64,000 bases of DNA from Nitrospirales bacterium (GCA_965223295.1 CBDCWC010000002.1:1472001-1536000); one strand, 5' to 3'; shown: positions 39,208 through 48,766, numbered from the stretch's first letter. A program made the numbers and translations. The notes: generated by a model not told the origin, from the letters alone.

Positions 39208-40443
39208 TTGAGGGAACCGAGCCCAATATTGATGACGTTATTGAGAAATTGTGGAGGGAAGAGCAAGCATATCATGCTAACAGAAACAATTGAACCTCAT
39301 ACCATCCCTATAGTCCGAGAAGACAAGACACAGAAAAAAGAAAAATACTTATTTCATCCGATCGTCGATTTCCTTTGTCTGGGAGGAGGATCGCTTGTCC
39401 TTTTTGTTGTATTAGCTCTTTTTGCTCCTCTCGAAACTATTGGCCCCCAAGTTTCAGCATTGGCCTTAGCTCTTGCTACGTTTATAAATTTTCCTCATTT
39501 TATCCATTCCTACCAAATTTTCTATCAAAATTACTGGCAGAAGGCATTTCAAACAAATGGACCTATGAAATTACGAATTCGATATATTTTATCGGGAATC
39601 GTTGTTCCCTTTGCATTGGCATTCTTTTTCGGAACCAGTGTCCTGATGAATGATCCTCATGTGCTGGGGTTTGCTGGTAACATTATGCTGTTTTTTGTTG
39701 GATGGCACTACGTCAAACAAGGTTACGGTATGATCATCGTCGACTCTGTTTTAAAAGGACGTTTTTTTTCCACTTTTGAAAAAAATACGCTGCTAGTCAA
39801 TGCCTATGTCTGCTGGGCATTCTTCTGGCTCCTGACAAACTGGACGATCGCTGAAGAGAACTTTTTTGGTTTGAGTTATGCCATGCTGACGATCCCCACC
39901 TGGAGTATGTATGCAGGTGGCGTACTGACAGCATGTTCGACCGGAATGGTGATCTACGTCCTAGCAAACAAACGAATTCGGGATGGAATTAAATTGCCAT
40001 TTAATGGCACCGTTGCGTATTTTACAGCCTTGTATGTATGGCTAGCTCTCAGACTTGATCCTTTTTTCCTCGCTCTTATACCAGTCAGCCATTCTTTACA
40101 ATATCTTATTGTCGTCTGGCGCTATCAATTAAATAAGACCTCTCATTCGTCGATGGCCTTTGCCGCAACTGAAGAGAACAGCCTTCATCACAACCCGCCG
40201 ACTCAATATATTTGGAAATTTTCCGGGTTTGTCGTATCAGGAATCGTTCTTGGCTACCTTTCTTTTTGGACCATACCTCAGTTACTCGATTCTTCCATTC
40301 CCTATAACCACGCGGTTTTTGGGGAAACCATGTTTCTGTTCATTTTTTGGATATTTATTAATCTTCATCACTACTTTATTGATAACGTCATCTGGAGACG
40401 AGAAAATCCCGACACTAAACGCTTTTTGTTTGGTGCTTCCTAG
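39208..40443 (+). CDS. Integral membrane protein with His motifs (function unknown)
   Basis: About 9-10 TMs with INFPHFIHSY, GWHYVKQGYG, SHSLQY and NLHHYFIDNVIW. The true start may be ATG 39274. Confidence 0.75.
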   Translation: MREPSPILMTLLRNCGGKSKHIMLTETIEPHTIPIVREDKTQKKEKYLFHPIVDFLCLGGGSLVLFVVLALFAPLETIGPQVSALALALATFINFPHFIHSYQIFYQNYWQKAFQTNGPMKLRIRYILSGIVVPFALAFFFGTSVLMNDPHVLGFAGNIMLFFVGWHYVKQGYGMIIVDSVLKGRFFSTFEKNTLLVNAYVCWAFFWLLTNWTIAEENFFGLSYAMLTIPTWSMYAGGVLTACSTGMVIYVLANKRIRDGIKLPFNGTVAYFTALYVWLALRLDPFFLALIPVSHSLQYLIVVWRYQLNKTSHSSMAFAATEENSLHHNPPTQYIWKFSGFVVSGIVLGYLSFWTIPQLLDSSIPYNHAVFGETMFLFIFWIFINLHHYFIDNVIWRRENPDTKRFLFGAS

Positions 40444-40554
40444 ACAATCACTCCTCTACGTTTTTCAAGTTCCCGATATTATTATAAAGATCTCAGGAAT
40501 TCCGTTTATCGGAATACCACCCATCACAGACATCTAGCTGGAAATATTTGCAAT

Positions 40555-42027
40555 CTAAGAAGGGTTTTGGAGAGACGTGTTAACTTCTTGAAGCCGTCCG
40601 TGGGCCTTGATGGCGGCTGGACTTTGAGGATAGGTGCGAACAAGTTGTTGGAAAACTGAGCGGGCAATGGAAGATTGTTGGAGTTCGAGATGCGAATACC
40701 CAATTTTGAGAAGCGAGGCTGGAACTTTGTTGCTGGATGGATAAAAGGCAAATACACGTTCAAATTCGTCAATCGCTTCTTCAAAACGGCGCTGCCCATA
40801 GTAACATTCGCCCAACCAATACTGACTATTGGCAGCTAGAGGCGAATCAGGAAATGTACGAAGAAAGGCAGAAAATTTCTTGGCCGCCTGGCGATAATTT
40901 CTTACTCGTAACAAATTAAACGCCTCATGATAGGCCTCTTGTGCATCTTGTGTCAGTTCCTGAACCGGTGCGGTTAGGGAGTCCCCTCCAGACGGGGGCA
41001 CGATTGAACCTGAAGCCGGCGCATAGACCAGAGCAGATCCGGGGGTCACTCTCTTGGAAGAAGAACTCTCTTGAGTTGGAAACGGCTGGCTGGTATCAGA
41101 AGAAGAACGGGTATCTTGAGAGAATGCTAACCGGCTAGTCTCTTGGGACTGCGATGCCCGAAAATTCGCTGAGGTTGCCGGAATTGGCGAAGTATGTTTT
41201 GCCCGAGTTTTCTGAGAAGTCTGCGATCTCTCCTGCTCATATGCATCCAATCGTGTGCTAAAGGTCTCACTAATTTGTTCCAACGTGCCAATAACCGATT
41301 GAACATGTTGACGGACATTTTTCACATCTGCTTGAACTTGTTGATGCTGTGTGGCTTGTTGCTGACCTAATCCATTCACTTGCTGCTGCAACGCCAACAC
41401 TTGCCGTTCTTGCTGGGCCACACTTTTTCTAAGCGCCGTTAAGACCTCCTGATAGTCAACCAATGAGGTGCGAAACTCCCCAAGCTTTCCACCCTGTTCT
41501 GTCCGAAGCTGCTCTTCCGCACCTAATTTATCGCGTAATTGATGGACGAGAGGCTCTAGCGTTTCGTGAGACTGTTGAACGTCGGCTTGAATCGTTTGCA
41601 TCTCCGTGTCGAACTTGACTAATTTTTGTTCTAGTTCTCCGACCTGATGTTGATTCCGTTCAATCTCCCCACGAACTTGTGATAAATCCGTATCTTTCAA
41701 CGTTGCGACTTGATCCATCACTTCTGCACGAGCATGAAGGAGTTCTTTGATTTCTGTTCGCTGTTTCGCAATGAGTGTATTGGCTTTATCCAAAGCCGCA
41801 TTCGCATCAATCACGGCCTGTTGAAGCGATATCTTGCTTTTGTCGAGTTGACTAATTTTGGCATCTAATTCCCGCTTAATACGTACGACATCCGCCTGTT
41901 GCGCCACACACCCACCCAACATAGCGGCTATGCTCAAAATCAATACTCTACTGCTCCAACGCCTTACGACACTCCAAACTTTGCCCATCAGGAGTTCTCC
42001 ATCCTTTGTCATTAAACCATGCTCCAC
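40555..42027 (-). CDS. cpoB: CpoB/YbgF-like protein with extended coiled coil
   Basis: Lipobox-like LGGC, long coiled coil, and C-terminal TPR (ANSQYWLGECYY, KVPASLLKIG, YPQS). It follows a pal-like gene. Confidence 0.78.
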   Translation of the reverse strand: MEHGLMTKDGELLMGKVWSVVRRWSSRVLILSIAAMLGGCVAQQADVVRIKRELDAKISQLDKSKISLQQAVIDANAALDKANTLIAKQRTEIKELLHARAEVMDQVATLKDTDLSQVRGEIERNQHQVGELEQKLVKFDTEMQTIQADVQQSHETLEPLVHQLRDKLGAEEQLRTEQGGKLGEFRTSLVDYQEVLTALRKSVAQQERQVLALQQQVNGLGQQQATQHQQVQADVKNVRQHVQSVIGTLEQISETFSTRLDAYEQERSQTSQKTRAKHTSPIPATSANFRASQSQETSRLAFSQDTRSSSDTSQPFPTQESSSSKRVTPGSALVYAPASGSIVPPSGGDSLTAPVQELTQDAQEAYHEAFNLLRVRNYRQAAKKFSAFLRTFPDSPLAANSQYWLGECYYGQRRFEEAIDEFERVFAFYPSSNKVPASLLKIGYSHLELQQSSIARSVFQQLVRTYPQSPAAIKAHGRLQEVNTSLQNPS

Positions 42028-42036
42028 GACTTGTCC

Positions 42037-42759
42037 TTATTGCCGCAGAGCTGTTGATGCCATGGAAACCCCTAACACCAAATGTGCGCGCCGATTTTTC
42101 TGATAACAGGGTTCGGTGGGATCCCAACAGGCAGGATTGTCTTTGCCAAACGACATGACATGAAGCCGCTCACTTGAGATCCCTAAACCGGTAAGATAAC
42201 TTTTTGTTCGAAGCGCACGTTTCTCACCCAATACATAGTTATAGGATGAGGTCCCGCGATTATCACAATGCCCTTCGATCGTCACTTCAGCCTCTGGATG
42301 AGCCTTCAGCCATTCAGCATTAGCCCGTAATATCGTTTTCGCTTGTTCATTCAGTTGGATACTATTAAACGCAAAATGAACATCTTCTAACCCACTATTC
42401 GCGGTAAACTGCTCGGCACGAGTCCGGTTGAGCCAGTAATCATCAAGTGCGCCACCTTCATTTTGCTCGTTTCCAAATTGCGGATCCTCTTCAATAAAGG
42501 TGTTTTCATCCAGAAGATCAGAAAATGTTTCGGAGCCAGAAGGAAAATACCCTTCGCCGTTGGCCAACTCCCCAGACTTCCTGTTCGATCGCGTGAGATC
42601 TGAGGCCGTAGGTTGATGCGCGACCATCCTTGCCTTGTCAATGTTTTTCGAATAGCGATGGCTTCCATGGGAAGTGCGACTGCCACAACCCATAAGCAGA
42701 ATAATCATCGTCGCCACAAGGCCCCAGGCCAATATTCTCGACAATTGTACACGCATCAT
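42037..42759 (-). CDS. pal: Pal/OmpA-family peptidoglycan-binding lipoprotein
   Basis: Lipobox LMGC, IEGHCDNRGT, YNYVLGEKRA, SFGK, KNRRA. Confidence 0.85.
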   Translation of the reverse strand: MMRVQLSRILAWGLVATMIILLMGCGSRTSHGSHRYSKNIDKARMVAHQPTASDLTRSNRKSGELANGEGYFPSGSETFSDLLDENTFIEEDPQFGNEQNEGGALDDYWLNRTRAEQFTANSGLEDVHFAFNSIQLNEQAKTILRANAEWLKAHPEAEVTIEGHCDNRGTSSYNYVLGEKRALRTKSYLTGLGISSERLHVMSFGKDNPACWDPTEPCYQKNRRAHLVLGVSMASTALRQ

Positions 42760-42839
42760 GAATCATCACTCCTTTTTTACCTTAAAACGGATTTACCAAT
42801 ATTTCCCTTAGAGAGATGTAATCCCTCAAACAACTTGCA

Positions 42840-42855
42840 AGCAAAAACAGGACCA
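42840..42855 (-). promoter_or_regulatory. Putative sigma54 promoter of pal-cpoB
   Basis: The minus strand reads TGGTCCTGTTTTTGCT (GG-N10-GC), about 80 nt upstream of the start. Confidence 0.5.
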
Positions 42856-43247
42856 GAAAAAATGAAGGAGGAATTTTTAGAGTAAAGAACAACAACAATA
42901 GCGACAGGGGCCACTTGGACGCTGAAAACTCAGGCGCTTCGTCAGACAAAAACCCTGTCAATTTACTATTGCGCCTGCGGAGTTATGCTGATTCTCAGCC
43001 GGGAAAACACAGAAAGATTAGAGGAATCGTTCAGTCTCAAAAAAGGGTTGAGTCAGACATATTGGAGAGAACAGCTTGCTGAACCCATGGATTTCTACCG
43101 GCTTATCCCATCTCCATCATGCAGCTTTTTCTCAACAATCGTAGCTTTTCTTCAACGAACGCCCTGTCGCATCACAATATCTCTAAATTTTAGGAGACAG
43201 GAAGTGCCCGTTCAACAGAGAGAAAGTAAACATACGAGAAGATGCCC

Positions 43248-45335
43248 TTACTCAAGATTCCATTCGGGAGTCGCAAAATACCAGCACTTTCCCCCATGGT
43301 CTTTAGCTCGATACATGGCCTGATCCGCCGTAGCCAACAACTGACGGATATTCGTGGAATCTTTTGGATACACAGCAATACCGATGCTCGTTTGCACCGA
43401 AATATCCTGGCCAGCCAAATGGATGGGTGGAGTCAAACGGTCGACGATTTTCTGAGCCACTTGTCGTATGTCTTGGATCCGCTCCAGCCCCTGCAAAATG
43501 ACAGTAAACTCATCACCGCTGAGACGGGATACGGTATCAGTCGTCCGGACACAAGTCACCAGCCGTTTAGCGACGACCCGTAACAGGCGATCGCCCATTT
43601 GATGTCCATATTGATCATTGATCGATTTGAAATTATCCAAATCCAAGAAAAGGAGCGCCAGCAAGCCGCCACTGCGCCTTGCCTGGGCGACCGCCAATTG
43701 TAAGCGATCTTCAAACATGATGCGATTCGGTAAATCGGTTAAAGCATCATGATAGGCTTGATGCTTCATTTGCATCTCTGCCACCGTGCGTGCCGTCACA
43801 TCATGAAGAAGCACGACAAAATGCGTGGTGGCTCCATCTACATCTACTAATGGCGTCAAGACCTGCTCCAAAACGATCGACTCGCCATTTCTCCCTTTTT
43901 CCATCACTTCAGTTTTCACACAACCCATTGCCGTCGGTTTGGAAATGAGCGTCGGCCAAACTTCTTGAAGTTGCGCATGTGGGAAAGAACCCAAGGACGT
44001 TCCTAGGACCTGCTGAAACTCCCCGCCCAACAATTTCGTATAGGCCTGGTTTACCCATTCGATTCGACCCTGCGGATCCGTCACACATACCGCATCGTGA
44101 ACTGACCCAATGACAGCACTATGAAGTCGTAACTGCTCTATCTCCAACCCACGCACCATCAATCTTTCAATCTGATGTCCCAAAGATTGCACCCATTCTC
44201 GAACAGGGGTATCAAACGCCTCGGGGATCGCCGAACACACAACCAAAAGACCTGAGGTCTCTCCCAGACCCGCCAAGGGCAAGCAATAGGCTTCCCGACA
44301 TTGAAAGCCTGACGGAAACCATGCAAATTCACCCGTATGCGGAGCATCACCAGAAACCACTGTCCCTTCAGACGCGACACAAGCCTGCGCCAACACCCCT
44401 TGTCTGGAAATCTGCGACCACCAGCCTGGGCCTTGAGCATCCCAATCCAGACCAGACGTTGATGCCTGAGCCCGCAATTGAACACGTTGCCCATTCTGAA
44501 CCGTCGCAATCCAAACAAATGGGTATCCAAACGTTTGTACCAACTCATGACAGATTCGCATGAGACATCCCTTGACGCTACGACCATTCAATAACTCTGC
44601 TTCAAGTTCCGGCACTAACTGAGACAGGGAAAAAGTCGGAGCCACGCCAACATGCTTTCGCAGGTCCCAATGCCAAGAGGTGACTTTTCCAGACTGATCC
44701 CACATAGGGGTGATGAGACAGGTCATTTTTTGCAAAGATCCTTCTGATAAAGCCAGACTCACGATCCAAGAAACGGATCCCTGTGGTGACTCCATCGTCT
44801 TCAAATGCTGGCGAATGAGTCTCCATTCCTCGTAGGGAATTCTTTCAGCAAAGGAAACTGTTCCAATACTCAACCTATCCAAATCCAATGCATCGACTGC
44901 TGCATCATTGGCCATCAGGATCACACCGTCACATGAAGTCAGGACATGCATTGGACCACGAGGAAGAGGAACGGACTCAAGGACTTTAGGGGGTGAAGAA
45001 GAAGGGGAAATCCCCCACTCGTCAAGATCACTGGGGCTGGGGGATTCGGCAAGAATATCCCTAAGCCTACCGGTTAACCGCTCTAAGGCTTGACTGAGAT
45101 CTCGTTCTTGTCTCGATTCTAGATCATTTGGTTCACTATCTTGATCCCGTAAAGATTGTTGGAGCAACTGCTGAAGTTGTTGAAATGTGGCCGAGGGCCT
45201 TGTCACATTAGTGGAAGAAGCAGGAAAATCTTCTGATGAATGTGAGAGCTGGGAACTCAATCTATGCAATCCTTTGTTACACCAAACAGAAAGCGTCCCC
45301 TTCAATACAATGAGGGGTATCGCTGCAATGACCAA
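43248..45335 (-). CDS. PAS/GAF/PAS diguanylate cyclase (SGDEF variant)
   Basis: HDALTDLPNR, DLDNFKSINDQYGHQMGD, RTTD I-site, RLSGDEF, ADQAMYRAK. Confidence 0.9.
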   Translation of the reverse strand: MVIAAIPLIVLKGTLSVWCNKGLHRLSSQLSHSSEDFPASSTNVTRPSATFQQLQQLLQQSLRDQDSEPNDLESRQERDLSQALERLTGRLRDILAESPSPSDLDEWGISPSSSPPKVLESVPLPRGPMHVLTSCDGVILMANDAAVDALDLDRLSIGTVSFAERIPYEEWRLIRQHLKTMESPQGSVSWIVSLALSEGSLQKMTCLITPMWDQSGKVTSWHWDLRKHVGVAPTFSLSQLVPELEAELLNGRSVKGCLMRICHELVQTFGYPFVWIATVQNGQRVQLRAQASTSGLDWDAQGPGWWSQISRQGVLAQACVASEGTVVSGDAPHTGEFAWFPSGFQCREAYCLPLAGLGETSGLLVVCSAIPEAFDTPVREWVQSLGHQIERLMVRGLEIEQLRLHSAVIGSVHDAVCVTDPQGRIEWVNQAYTKLLGGEFQQVLGTSLGSFPHAQLQEVWPTLISKPTAMGCVKTEVMEKGRNGESIVLEQVLTPLVDVDGATTHFVVLLHDVTARTVAEMQMKHQAYHDALTDLPNRIMFEDRLQLAVAQARRSGGLLALLFLDLDNFKSINDQYGHQMGDRLLRVVAKRLVTCVRTTDTVSRLSGDEFTVILQGLERIQDIRQVAQKIVDRLTPPIHLAGQDISVQTSIGIAVYPKDSTNIRQLLATADQAMYRAKDHGGKCWYFATPEWNLE

Positions 45336-45395
45336 ACATCCGCACCTTAACGATTCACCTACACGACTATTCTATACAACTCCCAGCCGAAAGAA

Positions 45396-46142
45396 TCAAT
45401 TGGTCGCGCCAGATGGTAACGTCATTAAGCCAGCTTCCCAATCGGCCTGAGCTTGCGAATATCGGTCCACAGTCCCGATATCCGACCAGTAACCAACATG
45501 AACAAACCCCAACAAACGAGAACCTTCAGAAAGTGCACGCGTATAGGAATCAATAATAGAAAAAGGGATTCCCGTTGGCTCATCCTTAAAAATTAGGGGG
45601 TGCAGAATATGGACCCCCGCAAACATTCGTGGAATGATCGAACAGTTGACCTGACTCTCTTCAACACCCTGTCCATTAATTCGAAAAATCCGCCCTTTTG
45701 GATCGGTTTCGACTGTACCCCATTGCGCAGCATGAGGATCATCTCGCAACACGAGCGAAGCCACACCGCCATGTGAATGATGAAAATTCAGGAACGCCGA
45801 CAGATCTAGGTCTATTAACGTATCGCCATTCATCACAAGAAAAGATTCGCCTTCGAAAAACCATTCCGCCGCTTTCAACCCACCTCCCGTTCCCAACAAT
45901 TCTGATTCATGAGAATATGAAATCTTCATATCCCAACATGACCCATCACCTATTGACTCTTCAATCATAGACCCTAAATAATGCAGATTAATTATCACCT
46001 CCCGAATCCCGCTCGCCCGCAATCGCAACAAATTCCACTCAAGCAACGGCATCCCTCCAACAGACAACAAGGGCTTTGGAATGGTCTCGGTCAAAGGCCG
46101 AAGGCGTGTGCCTAATCCTGCGGCTAAAATCATCGCCTTCAT
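45396..46142 (-). CDS. murU: Nucleotidyltransferase, MurU-like (MurNAc-1-phosphate uridylyltransferase)
   Basis: MKAMILAAGLGTRLRPLT...PKPL, LGTGGGL, WSDIGT; directly after an amgK-like gene. Confidence 0.82.
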   Translation of the reverse strand: MKAMILAAGLGTRLRPLTETIPKPLLSVGGMPLLEWNLLRLRASGIREVIINLHYLGSMIEESIGDGSCWDMKISYSHESELLGTGGGLKAAEWFFEGESFLVMNGDTLIDLDLSAFLNFHHSHGGVASLVLRDDPHAAQWGTVETDPKGRIFRINGQGVEESQVNCSIIPRMFAGVHILHPLIFKDEPTGIPFSIIDSYTRALSEGSRLLGFVHVGYWSDIGTVDRYSQAQADWEAGLMTLPSGATN

Positions 46143-46143
46143 A

Positions 46144-47265
46144 TTAAAACACTGATGACCATTCGGGAATGTAGGGAGAAAGATGTTTCAGCAAACGATG
46201 AAGTTCAGGGTACTTTGTCAAATTAGCATGAACGTTTTGTAATGTTCGGGGTATCGATGCCAAAAAATTTGAGTTACCTTTCACGCGATCAATATACACA
46301 AACCGTCCTGCGGCTTTTAGGTTTCGCTGAATACTGCTGTAATCGAATAGTCGCCGAAAGGTATCGGCATCATTCAAATACATCACTGTCTGTTGAGATG
46401 ATGGAATCACGCAGCACATCTTCTCCCGATAATAGACCAGAAGTTCATCAATCAACGATTCATCTAACGCTATGTATGAATCTCGCAAGAGCGAGGCCAA
46501 ATCATAGGTAATTGGCCCCATCAAGGCATCCTGAAAATCAATCAGACCCAAACGCGTATGATCCACCATCAAATTTCGGGAATGAAAATCTCGATGCGTG
46601 AACACGAGCGGTTGCTCAGCTAACCATTGGGCCATTGTTGTAAATTCTTCTTGGATCGGCAAAAAATCGTCAGCGCACATTGGTTTGCCTTGACGAGCCA
46701 CAATTCCATATTCTAAGAAATGTTCAAATTCCCACAAATACAATGGCACATCAAACGAACGTGAGAATGCCAGGCAGGAAGAATCCTGGTGTTTAATGCT
46801 TTGCGTCTGCAACTGCACCAACACATCAATGGCTTGTCGATACCATCGCTCAAGAAGCTCTCTCGTGCCCCCCTGACAGGCTTGCGCCAACGTCACATCT
46901 CCAAAATCTTCCAAATACAAAAGGCCAGCGGGTTCATCATAAAAATATAAAACTGGCACGGAAATATCGAACGACTGCAAATACTTCAACACATTAATGA
47001 AGGGCAACTCTGAAATTTCTTGTTCATTCCCACTCACAGCTTCTTCAGAAGCCTTAAATCCTTCAGGATCGGCTAATTGCATAAGAATAAGAGAAGACAC
47101 TGAAGCTCCGGAAAGGTGCAAACGATAATACCGGCGGTTGGAAGCATCCCCAGCGAGTGGGACAAGCTTCTCTAAGGTACTAGCAAAAGGAAGAGAACTC
47201 TGAAGGGAAAAAGAAACCCGCGAATGATCAAGGGAAGGGGGAGACGAAATCTGTTGAGATCCCAT
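46144..47265 (-). CDS. amgK: Anomeric MurNAc/GlcNAc kinase, AmgK-like (APH family)
   Basis: LAGDASNRRYYR, LEDFGD, HRDFHSRNLM, IDFQDA, YDLASLLRD, QRNLKAAGRF. Confidence 0.87.
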   Translation of the reverse strand: MGSQQISSPPSLDHSRVSFSLQSSLPFASTLEKLVPLAGDASNRRYYRLHLSGASVSSLILMQLADPEGFKASEEAVSGNEQEISELPFINVLKYLQSFDISVPVLYFYDEPAGLLYLEDFGDVTLAQACQGGTRELLERWYRQAIDVLVQLQTQSIKHQDSSCLAFSRSFDVPLYLWEFEHFLEYGIVARQGKPMCADDFLPIQEEFTTMAQWLAEQPLVFTHRDFHSRNLMVDHTRLGLIDFQDALMGPITYDLASLLRDSYIALDESLIDELLVYYREKMCCVIPSSQQTVMYLNDADTFRRLFDYSSIQRNLKAAGRFVYIDRVKGNSNFLASIPRTLQNVHANLTKYPELHRLLKHLSPYIPEWSSVF

Positions 47266-47303
47266 TTTCGCCGATTATACGACTAACCCGCATTCTTGTC
47301 ATC

Positions 47304-47384
47304 TTTTTAGGGGTCAGACTCGAATTATTTTTCTTGACTAGAATTAGATGAGACTCAAATTAATTCGAGTCTGACCCCTAAAAA
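47304..47384. repeat. REP doublet/MITE with 24-bp perfect inverted repeats
   Basis: tttttaggggtcagactcgaatta (47304-47327) and taattcgagtctgacccctaaaaa (47361-47384). Confidence 0.85.
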
Positions 47385-47418
47385 CAACGCGGGCTTCATC
47401 ACGTGATGAAGCCCGCGT
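47380..47418 (-). terminator. Intrinsic terminator of the PEP-CTERM gene
   Basis: A 32-bp perfect palindrome acgcgggcttcatcacgtgatgaagcccgcgt (47387-47418) is followed on the minus strand by tgttttt. Confidence 0.75.
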
Positions 47419-47439
47419 ACAGTCTCTTTAGTGAAGTCG

Positions 47440-48090
47440 TTAGGCTTCGCTCTTGGCACCTTTCTTCCAGCGCCAGAAACTGAGTCCAGCCAGCCCGGAT
47501 CCCATTAAGAACATCGTACCAGGCTCTGGAGTCGCCGTCGTACCACCACACCCAGGATCACCAGGCTGACAACCGCCGCCATCAATAGTAAAGAAAGAAA
47601 TAGTTCCGTGGGAAAGGCCTTGCGGAATCCCCTTCTTATTCAAAGAGACGCCATTCGTATTCCAGGTTCCTCCGCTAGTCAAAATTCCGCCCTCAAAGTA
47701 ATAGGCACTCCAATGGGTCGAAGACTTTAGACTTAAGACAAGAGGAATATCCGTCTCAGGGGTAATCGACCAGGTTCCCGAACTCCCGGAGCCTGTAATA
47801 TCAAAATTGAGAGTATTCAAACCTGCATCAATCGCATTACTATCTACATCGTACTTAGCATCAAAGGTCCAATTGGTGATACCGCCAAAAACACCAGTGT
47901 TAATCTCACTCAACAACACTGCCCCATCCATAGCCCCTTCATTTCCATCAAACGCGCCAATACATGCATCAAAATTTCCGCGACCATCAGCCGTCACTGT
48001 GCCATCCATACAGTTCACAGCTTGTGCCTGCGTACTGAAACCAAATACCAGGATACAACTTAATAATCCAATTGTCTTTTTCATAACCAA
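47440..48090 (-). CDS. PEP-CTERM sorting-signal surface protein
   Basis: Signal peptide (AQA), Gly/Thr/Ser-rich body, C-terminal TPEPGTMFLMGSGLAGLSFWRWKK. Confidence 0.93.
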   Translation of the reverse strand: MVMKKTIGLLSCILVFGFSTQAQAVNCMDGTVTADGRGNFDACIGAFDGNEGAMDGAVLLSEINTGVFGGITNWTFDAKYDVDSNAIDAGLNTLNFDITGSGSSGTWSITPETDIPLVLSLKSSTHWSAYYFEGGILTSGGTWNTNGVSLNKKGIPQGLSHGTISFFTIDGGGCQPGDPGCGGTTATPEPGTMFLMGSGLAGLSFWRWKKGAKSEA

Positions 48091-48162
48091 ATCCTTTCAA
48101 AAATTAATAAGGGTTCTAGAATGATTACCATGAACATTATGACTCACAAGAATCATACACAA

Positions 48163-48178
48163 TGCATGGGCTATGCCA
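48163..48178 (-). promoter_or_regulatory. Putative sigma54 promoter of the PEP-CTERM gene
   Basis: The minus strand reads TGGCATAGCCCATGCA (GG-N10-GC). PEP-CTERM genes are known to have sigma54 promoters. Confidence 0.7.
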
Positions 48179-48565
48179 GGAACACACATTGAAGATTAGA
48201 TTTGCAAACCATTGTTTTCATAAATTTTTTTGAATTTCCCATCAATGAACTTGGTAGGGTTTCAGTCAAACGTAGCTTGTGTAGTTGGAGAAGAGCGACC
48301 GAATATGCTGAATTGGCTAAGAAGAAAAACGATGGAAACGAATGATGAGGGAAGTTAAAAGACGACAAATTTGACTAAAATGTATTCGCCTGAGGTCGAC
48401 CCCAAAAACCCCAATACTTTCAAGGTGTTTCAAGCCATCGCAATGTCGAAAATATAGACAATGAAGCGAAAGATTAAAGATTTACAAAAAAATGACGAAA
48501 GATATAAGAAGGGATAAAAACGCCATTGAAATTAGCCAATCACTTCTCAACTTCAGAGGTGCGTT

Positions 48566-48766
48566 ATGGAAATCAATAACTTTCCTCCTCCTTCATCTAT
48601 TGCCCCTGTTCGGGCGCCGGCAAAGGTAGAAGACGGCGACGCTGGACCTAATAGCCCATACTATCGCCGTCGCCAGAAAAAGCAAAAAGGCGCACAGGAC
48701 AAACAGGAACAGGATCCCTCACCTCGCATCGAGGGTTCACCTTCCCGCATCGATATCCGAGTCTAG
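48566..48766 (+). CDS. Small hypothetical protein ending in IDIRV
   Basis: gaggt RBS; upstream sigma28-like TAAA-N15-GACGAAAG at 48475-48501. Confidence 0.6.
   Translation: MEINNFPPPSSIAPVRAPAKVEDGDAGPNSPYYRRRQKKQKGAQDKQEQDPSPRIEGSPSRIDIRV

Noticed and set aside
35741-45335. A 3',3'-cGAMP (GEMM-Ib / Hypr GGDEF) signalling system
   Set aside because: The aptamer has G at the G20-equivalent position and the cyclase keeps the Asp in GHQMGD; both indicate ordinary c-di-GMP.
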